From assembly GCA_041742135.1 (NCBI GenBank), contig JBGSJG010000001.1:3151-67150 (forward strand): a stretch of 64,000 bases of DNA. Direction: 5' to 3'. The notes under the pieces were generated by a model. It was not told where the DNA came from, searched no databases, and was given only the letters and a program-made list of their open reading frames with translations. Positions 9,107-17,517 of this stretch are shown here, one piece after another (the first letter of the stretch is position 1; every line of letters begins with the position of its first letter). Origin of the DNA: Patescibacteria group bacterium. Its GTDB lineage: Bacteria > Patescibacteriota > Microgenomatia > UBA8517. The translations under genes were made by a program, and so were the position numbers.

Positions 9107-9177
9107 CTGCGGGACAGGGACTCGAACCCCGATACCATCCTCCAGAGGGATGTGTCCTACCATTAGACGATCCCGCA
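9107..9177 (-). tRNA. tRNA-Gln(CTG), CCA not encoded
   Basis: Reverse complement TGCGGGATCGTCTAATGGTAGGACACATCCCTCTGGAGGATGGTATCGGGGTTCGAGTCCCTGTCCCGCAG folds as a cloverleaf with anticodon CTG. Confidence 0.95.
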
Positions 9178-9230
9178 ATATTAGATCGGCTAACTGGCAA
9201 GCTGTGCTTACCATTAGACGATCCCGCAAT
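9158..9230. repeat. 22-bp direct repeat duplicating the tRNA-Gln 5' end
   Basis: taccattagacgatcccgcaat at 9158-9179 and 9209-9230. Confidence 0.9.
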
Positions 9231-9326
9231 GTGAGGCAATTTTATCACAATCGCAACCCCATTCAGGAATCACCTGGCAAAATAGAGCTTCAAATAGCCT
9301 AGCTTGCGGCATTCTCACCCCTATCG

Positions 9327-9533
9327 CTAAGATGCTTTTAGCAATTCAGGTTTATCTCCCTGACCATCAGCTGGTTGAGTTCTCTCGACCAGTGGCTGTT
9401 CAACCTGCACTCGACTAGGATACGAAGGCTCTCTCCTTCCACGGTAATTACTCATCCCAGGCAAGGTTATGTGCATAGTGTAAAGCAGCCTTTCGCTCAC
9501 GTCTTGAAAATACGACCCTCTTTCAACACTCAT
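9327..9533 (-). CDS. small hypothetical protein
   Basis: 68-aa ORF preceded by the SD-like sequence AAAGGGGGTGAG. Confidence 0.45.
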   Translation of the reverse strand: MSVERGSYFQDVSERLLYTMHITLPGMSNYRGRREPSYPSRVQVEQPLVERTQPADGQGDKPELLKAS

Positions 9534-9553
9534 TCATCTCACCCCCTTTCCAT

Positions 9554-9577
9554 AAAAAAAGAGCCCTTTTGGGGCTC
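9554..9577 (-). terminator. intrinsic terminator
   Basis: GAGCCC-CAAAA-GGGCTC followed by T7 on the minus strand. Confidence 0.75.
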
Positions 9578-9670
9578 AATACCTTATGTCTTATAAACCT
9601 ACAATCAGGTGGTGAAATTACAATCTTGAACCAGTTTATACCTGAAGGCGCCAAACAGCTGTAACGGCCG

Positions 9671-9913
9671 TTACAAGGCTCGGTTCCAGACCGAGAGGAT
9701 CAACCACTGTTTTTTTTCGTTTTGCTTAGCCACTACTTCAATCAATTGACTACCAATTTTTTTCTTATACACCCACGCTCCTTTGTTGGCTGCAAAATTT
9801 GATTCATCTGGAGAATACCATGTAGCCCAAGCATCACTTTGAGAAACACCCCGCTCAACTAAACGCTTAAGCGCGTGGTTTGTCCAAATCGTCCCTTTGA
9901 AGTCTTGCATCAA
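9671..9913 (-). CDS. DUF4258-like protein
   Basis: IWTNHALKRLVERGVS pattern, C-terminal LILSVW. Confidence 0.7.
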   Translation of the reverse strand: MMQDFKGTIWTNHALKRLVERGVSQSDAWATWYSPDESNFAANKGAWVYKKKIGSQLIEVVAKQNEKKQWLILSVWNRAL

Positions 9914-10223
9914 ACATTTCCAAAATTTCTCGGCCCACTAAATAAATTTCATGCTTAATAAATTCCTCAACGTCATCACTCACACGCTCGCGGATGAAAT
10001 CCAAAATTGTTTCATCGTGAGCACGCGTTGCTACGTGATCAATAAATTCCTTGTGGTGCTCGCCCGGCAAGCGCTCCAAGATACAACCCACAACCCTGTG
10101 ATGGACAATTTCGTCAATTAGGCGATAAATTTCACCACGAGCCTCTTGGTCTTTAACGTTCTTTTTGATGAGTGCCTCAAGCTCGGACAAGTCCAGAAGA
10201 TGATCATAAAAGAGCTTAGACAT
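9867..10223 (-). CDS. hypothetical helical acidic protein
   Basis: 118-aa ORF co-oriented with its neighbours. Confidence 0.65.
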   Translation of the reverse strand: MSKLFYDHLLDLSELEALIKKNVKDQEARGEIYRLIDEIVHHRVVGCILERLPGEHHKEFIDHVATRAHDETILDFIRERVSDDVEEFIKHEIYLVGREILEMFDARLQRDDLDKPRA

Positions 10224-10243
10224 GATACGTACTTATTGAATCA

Positions 10244-11179
10244 TTATACATCGTTATAGCTAACTGGGCCAAGAGGTATTTTGTTCTCGGCATCATCCAC
10301 AAAAAACAAAATCACTGGTCCTTTTTTATACCTTGGGCCTCCCAGATAATCCATAACCTCCGGGCTTCCACCGAAATGTTTGCCAGTCCATGCTGCAGGA
10401 CCTGAATCAGCAATCGCAGCTACTACAGCCTTGCCATTATCGGTATTTACAATAATAACCTTTCGATATTTATACCAATCACGTAGATAACGAAAGCGAG
10501 TGTTCCAATCTGGAAGATAAAGTGTTTGAACGACCGCGTACCAACGCTCAGTTTCTTCCAAGTCAGGAGTTAGGGCCTCTTGGCTGGGTGCAAAATACCC
10601 CCAAGCTCCCAAGCCCGGAGCGATTCCTTCTTTGAGTATCTCCTCTGGGTCTTCCCCACCGTAATCTGTCGTTTCAGGTTTTTGGGCCGCCAACGTATCT
10701 CCAGGGTAACGGCGCAAATGCTGCTCGGCACCTATTCTGCCGTACGTTTGGTTTAAGTGCTCGCCTTCTAAAGTGGCACGTACTGGAATGCCCGTAAGCT
10801 CACTAATTATTTTTTCCAAATATTTTTCTTCAGTTTCGCTTAAAGGCCTAACTTGCTCCGGTAAAATTTTATGTAAAGCTTCTCTCAAAGACACCGCCCG
10901 GCTCACAGGTGGAAGGTTACTTTTGGCTTTTTCAATTACCTCGTGAGGTGGAGGCAAAAGCGCAAGGGACAAGTTTGGCGAAGAAAGCGCTAAACTACCA
11001 GCCAGTGCTCCGGCCGAAATAAGTTTTGTCGAGTGCTCACGGATTTTTGACAAATCAATCCCTTTTGAGATTAAAAACTGATTGGCATCATGGTATTTAT
11101 CCGAAAAATCCTTTTTAGTCTGAAGGTGTTTTAGTTTTAGTTTGTTACGAAGATCTTCGTGATCAAAGACAGGTTTCAT
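10244..11179 (-). CDS. hypothetical protein with RlpA-like double-psi beta-barrel C-terminus
   Basis: KVIIVNTDNGKAVVAAIADSGP resembles the RlpA NGKsvvv.inDRGP motif. Start moved to MKPVF (TACAAT upstream). Confidence 0.55.
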   Translation of the reverse strand: MKPVFDHEDLRNKLKLKHLQTKKDFSDKYHDANQFLISKGIDLSKIREHSTKLISAGALAGSLALSSPNLSLALLPPPHEVIEKAKSNLPPVSRAVSLREALHKILPEQVRPLSETEEKYLEKIISELTGIPVRATLEGEHLNQTYGRIGAEQHLRRYPGDTLAAQKPETTDYGGEDPEEILKEGIAPGLGAWGYFAPSQEALTPDLEETERWYAVVQTLYLPDWNTRFRYLRDWYKYRKVIIVNTDNGKAVVAAIADSGPAAWTGKHFGGSPEVMDYLGGPRYKKGPVILFFVDDAENKIPLGPVSYNDV

Positions 11180-11180
11180 T

Positions 11181-12629
11181 CTACCTTTTATTGTACACCG
11201 AAAGGGCATCGGTGAGACGCGTAAGCGTCACGTCTTTGCCTAAAATCTCCATTGATTCGTTAATCGGCGGAGTGCTACGGCTTCCGGCAATTGAGCATCG
11301 CAAGTCCATATAAAAATCGCCAGTTTTAAAATTATTCTCGCCAATTAAATTCGTTAGCTGGCTATTTATGGTTTCCAAATTCCAATCGTTAGTTTTCTCC
11401 AAAGCTTCTAAAGCTTTTGTGACATGCTCTTTATACTTATCAGTCAAGTCGAAAATTGGTTCTTTTTGTTTGTAAAAATATTCAAGATATTCTCCCAATT
11501 CAGATAGTTTTTTAACTCTGGTTTTGACCAAAGGCACAATTTTGTGAAGTATTTCATCTGAGATTTCTTTTGAAACAAATGGTCTAGCCGACACGAAAAA
11601 ATCCTCATCTGAAAGCTTTTGGAGATATTGACTATTAAACCAATCAAGCTTGGCAGCATTAAAAGTTGGGTTTGCTTTTTGTACACCGTTTTGGTCAAAC
11701 GCCGCAACGAATTCAGAAAGCGTAAAAAGCTCTTGATTATCCTTCGGAGCCCAGCCTAAAAGCATGAGGTAATTTAATATCGCGGCTGGTAAATAGCCTT
11801 GCGAAGTCCAAGTATTGACCCCAAAAAGAGCAGTCATGTCGCGCTTGCTGAACTTTTTACCAGTTCTTGGGTCAAGAATCACACTGAAGTGGCCAATGTT
11901 TGGGACAGATTCTCCGAGTCCTTCGTAAACATGCAAGTGAATCGGGGTTGAGGAAATCCATTCTTGGCCCCGAAACACATGTGATATTTTCATCGCGACA
12001 TCATCAACCACCACAGCAAGATGGTATGTAGGAAAACCGTCTGACTTAAGAAGGATCATGTCGGGAACTTCTTTGCCAAAAAATTTAACTTTCTTTTTTA
12101 ATATCCAATCTTCGTACTCAAACACACGATCTTCAGGAATTTTTGCACGGACAACATAAGGCTCTCCATTTTTAACCCTTTCCAATGCGGCTTCAGGGCG
12201 CTCGTCTCGAGCTTTGGGCCGGATTTTTAGTTCTTTGAGTTTTTCATCCGAATCATAAGCGGCCTTAATTTCTTCTTTTTCCCTTTGTGGTGCTTCAAAG
12301 TCATAATAAGCATAGCCATTTTCCACGAGCTTGCGAGCTGCCTCTTGGTAAAGCGTGAGCCTTTCCGATTGCCTGTACGGAGCGTATGGACCACCTTTGT
12401 CTGGGCCTTCATCCCAATCAATCCCAAAACTTCTTAGCACCTTAAATATTTCGGCTTCGGTGTCCGCTCTTGAGCGTTTCTGGTCCGTGTCTTCAATACG
12501 AAGCACAAATTGGCCACCATTTTTTTTGGCATATGCATAATTCCACAGTGCTCTAATCACAAAACCCAGGTGAATGCTTTCTGGTGTTCCTGTTGGTGAG
12601 GGTGCAAAACGAGTTCTGACATCTGCCAT
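11181..12629 (-). CDS. gltX: glutamate--tRNA ligase
   Basis: VRTRFAPSPTG, LRIEDTDQKR, PTYHLAVVVDD, KFSKR. Confidence 0.95.
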   Translation of the reverse strand: MADVRTRFAPSPTGTPESIHLGFVIRALWNYAYAKKNGGQFVLRIEDTDQKRSRADTEAEIFKVLRSFGIDWDEGPDKGGPYAPYRQSERLTLYQEAARKLVENGYAYYDFEAPQREKEEIKAAYDSDEKLKELKIRPKARDERPEAALERVKNGEPYVVRAKIPEDRVFEYEDWILKKKVKFFGKEVPDMILLKSDGFPTYHLAVVVDDVAMKISHVFRGQEWISSTPIHLHVYEGLGESVPNIGHFSVILDPRTGKKFSKRDMTALFGVNTWTSQGYLPAAILNYLMLLGWAPKDNQELFTLSEFVAAFDQNGVQKANPTFNAAKLDWFNSQYLQKLSDEDFFVSARPFVSKEISDEILHKIVPLVKTRVKKLSELGEYLEYFYKQKEPIFDLTDKYKEHVTKALEALEKTNDWNLETINSQLTNLIGENNFKTGDFYMDLRCSIAGSRSTPPINESMEILGKDVTLTRLTDALSVYNKR

Positions 12630-12667
12630 TTGCTAGAATTTTAGCATACCTTTATACTCGAAGGTGT

Positions 12668-13744
12668 ATGGCACAATCACTTACCTTAATCGCAATTAAA
12701 GCGCGGCAAGTAATCAAATATGGAATAGTGGCATTTTTTGCCATTATCTTCGGCCGCCTTCTGATTATTTTTCTAATTAACGCTTATAACACTTTGGTCC
12801 CAAAGCCACCTCCTCCTCCAACAGTAGGATTTAATCGTTTGGCGGTTTTGCCCTTTCCTGAGCAGACATCAGAGCTTCCTGCTATCCAATATACGGTGAA
12901 TACACCCGACGGTAATTTGCCCAAATACCCCGGACAAATCAATGTTTATTACATGCCTCAAAAAACTGCTAACTTGTTTTCTTTTGATCGAATGAAAACC
13001 TTGGCCGCCTCGTTTGGCTTTACTGGAGCTCCGCTACAAATATCAGAAACACAATATTCCTTTAACCATCCTAAAGTTTCTTCGACCTTTAAGGCTGATC
13101 TTATATACGAGTCTTTCTCGTTGGCATTTAACTTGGCCGAGGACACCAGCCCTCTAAGCCAACGCGCGCCAGATGTTTCCTCTGCTACTGGGACAGTTAC
13201 CTCGGCACTTGTAGCCGCACAGAGTAAGCCTGAAGATCTCTCAGGGCCTGTTACCCACGAATATCTTCGAGCAGAAGGCCAAAGCCTGGTGACAGCACTT
13301 TCGCTTTCAGATGCACAATTAACCAAAATTAATCTTCACCGCGCGCCGGTAATAATCAACGAGGTTGAATATCCCAGTGTTACTGCCGACACTAAAGAAG
13401 CTAATGTTTGGTTTATAGTAAGTGGAAGTGCGGATCGCCAAAAGAAGCTTATCGCTGGTGAATATCATTATTTTCCAATTGATTACACACGAGTCGAAAC
13501 CTATCCTATCAAAAACACCTCTGAGGCTCTAGAGCAGCTTCGTGCTGGAGGTGGCTATATCGCTAATTTGGGGCTTAATCCCGAGGGCGAAATTACAATA
13601 AGATCAATTCGCTTGGCGTACTACGACCCAGCAGTACCATATCTTTTCTATCAACCAGTTTACTCTTTTGAAGGCGATGACGGTTTTGTAGCTTATGTTC
13701 CCGCTGTCACAAGCGAGTATTACGGAGAAGAAACTTCAGAATAA
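12668..13744 (+). CDS. membrane-anchored hypothetical protein
   Basis: N-terminal TM helix followed by a PPPPP linker; 358 aa. Confidence 0.75.
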   Translation: MAQSLTLIAIKARQVIKYGIVAFFAIIFGRLLIIFLINAYNTLVPKPPPPPTVGFNRLAVLPFPEQTSELPAIQYTVNTPDGNLPKYPGQINVYYMPQKTANLFSFDRMKTLAASFGFTGAPLQISETQYSFNHPKVSSTFKADLIYESFSLAFNLAEDTSPLSQRAPDVSSATGTVTSALVAAQSKPEDLSGPVTHEYLRAEGQSLVTALSLSDAQLTKINLHRAPVIINEVEYPSVTADTKEANVWFIVSGSADRQKKLIAGEYHYFPIDYTRVETYPIKNTSEALEQLRAGGGYIANLGLNPEGEITIRSIRLAYYDPAVPYLFYQPVYSFEGDDGFVAYVPAVTSEYYGEETSE

Positions 13745-14649
13745 TCAAGCTCTTTCCACTCGAAATTGGTAAAAATCCACTCTAAAAGCTCCTGGCTTTC
13801 TCCAAAGCGGTCTTGGCTTCCCATAAGTGCAATCATCACACGCCTGCCATCACGGTTTGCGTAAGTTACCAAATTTTCACGAGCTTCAGGAGTCCAACCG
13901 GTTTTTACTCCCAGCACGCCAGGCACCTCCCCAAGCAGTTCGTTTCGGTTGGTCATGTGGTGTAAAATCGTTCCGTCTTCATTTTTAGCCACATATTCTT
14001 TTGTGCCTACAATATTGGCAAAGTCTCGCTCAAGCATCGCCTGCGACGCGATTCTTGCCAAGTCTTTTGGGGTAATTTCCTGGCCAGAATCATCAAGTCC
14101 TGAAGGATTTTCAAAATTAGTGGCGTAAGCGTGAAGCTCACGAGCTTTACTATTCATCGCGGCCACAAAGGCACTTTTGCCACCCGGATAACTATTTGCC
14201 AAAACCTCGGCCGCATCGTTAGCTGAGTGAACTAGAAGGCCATACACCAAGTCACGCGCAGATATGTTTTCGTTCCAAGACAGCCCCATTTGAGACCCGG
14301 TAGCTTTGAATACTCCGGTGTTGACTATCTGATCAAGATCGTAATAATCCAAAGCAACAAGCGCTGTAACTATTTTTGTCGTTGATGCCGGGAAAAAAGG
14401 TGACTGGGCATTTTTCTCATAAAAAACCACACCAGAATCAAGGTCGTAGGCATAAACTCCTTGTGCGGAAAGAACTGGAAAAGAGCTCGAGTCCATAAGG
14501 ACGGGAAGCTTACTTACGTTGTAAGTTTTGGCACGAGTTACATATACTGGTGGCTTTTTTGTAAGCGTTAAGCCAAAGGTCGTTACAAACAAAAGCGAAC
14601 AAGCGCTTATAGGAAGTATTCTGGCCTTTATAAATTCAAGCAGTTTCAC
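13720..14649 (-). CDS. dacA: D-alanyl-D-alanine carboxypeptidase (peptidase S11)
   Basis: PASTTK (SxxK), SAND (SxN), GVKTG. Confidence 0.92.
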   Translation of the reverse strand: MKLLEFIKARILPISACSLLFVTTFGLTLTKKPPVYVTRAKTYNVSKLPVLMDSSSFPVLSAQGVYAYDLDSGVVFYEKNAQSPFFPASTTKIVTALVALDYYDLDQIVNTGVFKATGSQMGLSWNENISARDLVYGLLVHSANDAAEVLANSYPGGKSAFVAAMNSKARELHAYATNFENPSGLDDSGQEITPKDLARIASQAMLERDFANIVGTKEYVAKNEDGTILHHMTNRNELLGEVPGVLGVKTGWTPEARENLVTYANRDGRRVMIALMGSQDRFGESQELLEWIFTNFEWKELDYSEVSSP

Positions 14650-16049
14650 TGGGCTTTTTTTACCACTTTTAGCCCTAACTCATCAAGTTGCTCCTTTGAA
14701 GTCGAAGCCGGAGCATCCATTACTGCAGTCCTACCTGTCGAAGTCATTGGGAAGGCTATTGCTTCTTTAAGTGATGATTCGCCAGACAGAAGCATCACTA
14801 GCCTATCGAGCCCCAAAGCAATACCTCCATGCGGTGGGGCACCGTAGCTTAAAGCCTCGATCATATAACCAACACTTTTCTCAGTCTCTTCATCTGAATA
14901 ACCCATGATACGATAAGTAGCCTTAAGGCCTTCAGGTGTGTGCGCCCTTATGCTGCCTCCTCCAACCTCGTAACCATTGCAAACTAGATCGTACTGCGAG
15001 GTCAAAATCTGTTCTATATTCTCTCCTTTAAGGTGCCATTCCTTGTGTTCTGGCTTTGGGCTACTGAAAGGATTGTGGGTAAATGTCCAACCGCTTTTTC
15101 CATCCCTTACTTCAGCCGCGTCACTCTTGTCCACCTTTTTGAAAAAAGGGAAGTCGACAACCCAAGCAAAAGCGAGAGTGCCATCGCTTTTTTCTTCTTC
15201 ACTTCTTAAATCGAACTTATCCGCACCAAATTTCTCCATCGCCTCGCTGTATGTAAAAACTGGGAAATTTTCTTTTTGAAGCCTGCTTCCAACTTTCTTA
15301 ACTGCCTCTTTAACAACACCTTCTACAGTCGACATCACTTCGTCTCTGTCAACAAAGCTCATTTCTAAATCCAACTGTGTGAATTCAAAACCACGATCAG
15401 CTCTCAAGTCCTCATCTCGAAAACATTTGGCAAATTGAAAATAATTTTCAATTCCGCCAACCATCAGCAACTGTTTATATTGTTGTGGAGATTGCGGCAA
15501 GGCATAAAATTTCCCGGGTTGAAAACGGGAAGGAACAAGAAAGTCTCGCGCGCCTTCCATTGTAGCCTTGGACAAAACTGGCGTTTCCACTTCACAGAAA
15601 TCACGGCTAACCAATGATTGCCTAAGTTCGTGAACAAATTTGCTTCTAAATCTCATGATTTTCGCGAAACGTTCACGTCTCATGTCAAGGTATCTATATT
15701 TCAGACGGTGCTCTTCGTTGATATCCAAACCGTTTCCTTGTATTTGAATGGGGAGCTCTGGTGCTTCAGCCAAAATATTTAGTGATTCAATTTGAATTTC
15801 AATGATACCGGTGTCTAAATCAGGATTTATTAATTTTTCAGGACGCTTAGCAACTTTTCCTGAAATCTCAATGATGCTTTCCACGCTGACTTTTGATAAA
15901 TTCTGGCCAACACATTGAACTACACTCGTACGGTCCCTCAGGTCAATAAATGTTATTTTTCCGTGATCGCGGACTGAGCTGACCCAGCCACGAAGAAGGA
16001 CTTCTTCTCCAATTTTACCTACTGTCTCGCCAATTAGTGTTCTGTCCAT
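14646..16049 (-). CDS. aspS: aspartate--tRNA ligase, short form lacking the GAD insertion
   Basis: RDHGK, EGARDF, ALPQSPQ, FRDEDLRADR, PPHGGIALGLDR. Confidence 0.95.
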   Translation of the reverse strand: MDRTLIGETVGKIGEEVLLRGWVSSVRDHGKITFIDLRDRTSVVQCVGQNLSKVSVESIIEISGKVAKRPEKLINPDLDTGIIEIQIESLNILAEAPELPIQIQGNGLDINEEHRLKYRYLDMRRERFAKIMRFRSKFVHELRQSLVSRDFCEVETPVLSKATMEGARDFLVPSRFQPGKFYALPQSPQQYKQLLMVGGIENYFQFAKCFRDEDLRADRGFEFTQLDLEMSFVDRDEVMSTVEGVVKEAVKKVGSRLQKENFPVFTYSEAMEKFGADKFDLRSEEEKSDGTLAFAWVVDFPFFKKVDKSDAAEVRDGKSGWTFTHNPFSSPKPEHKEWHLKGENIEQILTSQYDLVCNGYEVGGGSIRAHTPEGLKATYRIMGYSDEETEKSVGYMIEALSYGAPPHGGIALGLDRLVMLLSGESSLKEAIAFPMTSTGRTAVMDAPASTSKEQLDELGLKVVKKAQ

Positions 16050-16071
16050 TGAGCTTGATTGTACCGCGCTT

Positions 16072-17514
16072 CTAGCCTTTCCTCAACTGCTTATTTATTT
16101 CGCGTTTCGCGGCTGAAGTCACAACAAAGTCTAGCCAGTCTCGATTTAGAGGCTTTTTGGTTTTTGATTTAACAATCTCCACGATGTCGCCACCGTTTAA
16201 TTTATAACTTAGAGGCACCATTTTTCCATTAACCTTGGCTGCAGAAATATAATCCGGCAAATCGGTGTGAACGCTAAAAGCATAATCCACAGGTGTTGCG
16301 CCGCTTGGTAGATCATACACATCGCCTTTCGGAGAGAAGACGAAGTTGCGATTATTCAAAGCATCAAATTTAACAGCTTCCAAAAATTCTTTTGAATCTG
16401 TGATTTCATTTTGCCAATCAACTAACTGCTTAACCCAAGACAATTTTGAGTCAACTCGCACGCCATGCTTCTCTAATTTTTTGTCCGAAGCGCCGGCACT
16501 TTTTGCGTTAGCATATGCCCAATGCGCTGCTACGCCATGCTCTGCCTGATCGTGCATCCCCTGTGTCCTGATTTGTACTTCAACAATCCTCCCGTGAGGA
16601 CCAAATACTTTTGTATGAATTGACTGGTAGCCATTCGGTTTAGGTTGCGCTATAAAATCGGAAATGCCAAAAGCAGGACTCGGACGAAATTCCGAGTGAA
16701 CAATCCCGAGGGCACTATAGCAATCGGAAACGCTCTCAACTAAAATCCTAAGAGCCATAATGTCGTGGATTCGATCCAAATCCCCTGCAATTTCAGGCCT
16801 GTTTAGCTTTTTCCACAAGGAATACAGCCCTTTTTTTCGGCCAAAAACTTTGGCACGTATGCCCTGTTGGCCAAGCTTGCCTAAAATTACGTGGCGCATT
16901 TTTTTAATGTCATTTAAGGTCGCTGCATAATAAGACTTACTATCTTTTTTTAGTTTTTTATAATCGCTGGGGAACAGGTACATAAAGGCCAAATCGCTCA
17001 GCTCTTCACTTGCCGTACCCATTCCAAGTCGATCCGCCAAAGGGGCATAAACTTCCAGAGTTTCTTTTGCTATGCGCTTTATTTTGTCTTTTGGAAGCGG
17101 CCAGAGTGTTCGCATGTTGTGAAGCCTATCTGCGATTTTAATTATTACCACTCGAATATCGCGTGCCATAAACAAAACCATCTTGCGTAGGTTCTCGACA
17201 AAGTGCTCTTCTGTTCCCTTTTGCCAACGGATAGTAGCAACGCGTGTTACACCATCAACCAGATTTGCAACATCTTCTCCAAAAAGTTCAACCAAATCCT
17301 CGCGTTTCGCGCCCCCGTCCTCGATTGTGTCGTGAAGTAGACCTGCGATAATTGAATCCTCATCAAGGTTCCAAGCAGCTAAGATGCGTGATACTTCGAT
17401 GGCATGGTTTATATAGTCTTCGCCGGTTTTTCGCTTTTGCCCGGTGTGTGCTAAAGTCGCAAACTCCAACGCTTTCGTAATTCTTTTGCTTTCTTTGTAA
17501 CTTGTTTCATCCAT
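16072..17514 (-). CDS. relA: RelA/SpoT (p)ppGpp synthetase/hydrolase (HD-SYNTH-TGS, no ACT domain)
   Basis: LLHDTIED, ADRLHNMRT, PKPNGYQSIHT, EVQIRT, TPVDYAFSVHT. Confidence 0.93.
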   Translation of the reverse strand: MDETSYKESKRITKALEFATLAHTGQKRKTGEDYINHAIEVSRILAAWNLDEDSIIAGLLHDTIEDGGAKREDLVELFGEDVANLVDGVTRVATIRWQKGTEEHFVENLRKMVLFMARDIRVVIIKIADRLHNMRTLWPLPKDKIKRIAKETLEVYAPLADRLGMGTASEELSDLAFMYLFPSDYKKLKKDSKSYYAATLNDIKKMRHVILGKLGQQGIRAKVFGRKKGLYSLWKKLNRPEIAGDLDRIHDIMALRILVESVSDCYSALGIVHSEFRPSPAFGISDFIAQPKPNGYQSIHTKVFGPHGRIVEVQIRTQGMHDQAEHGVAAHWAYANAKSAGASDKKLEKHGVRVDSKLSWVKQLVDWQNEITDSKEFLEAVKFDALNNRNFVFSPKGDVYDLPSGATPVDYAFSVHTDLPDYISAAKVNGKMVPLSYKLNGGDIVEIVKSKTKKPLNRDWLDFVVTSAAKREINKQLRKG

Positions 17515-17517
17515 ATT

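Noticed and set aside
1-9177. prophage or integrase-bearing element
   Set aside because: No integrase, transposase, phage structural gene or second att site is visible in the window; only composition and tRNA adjacency support an island.
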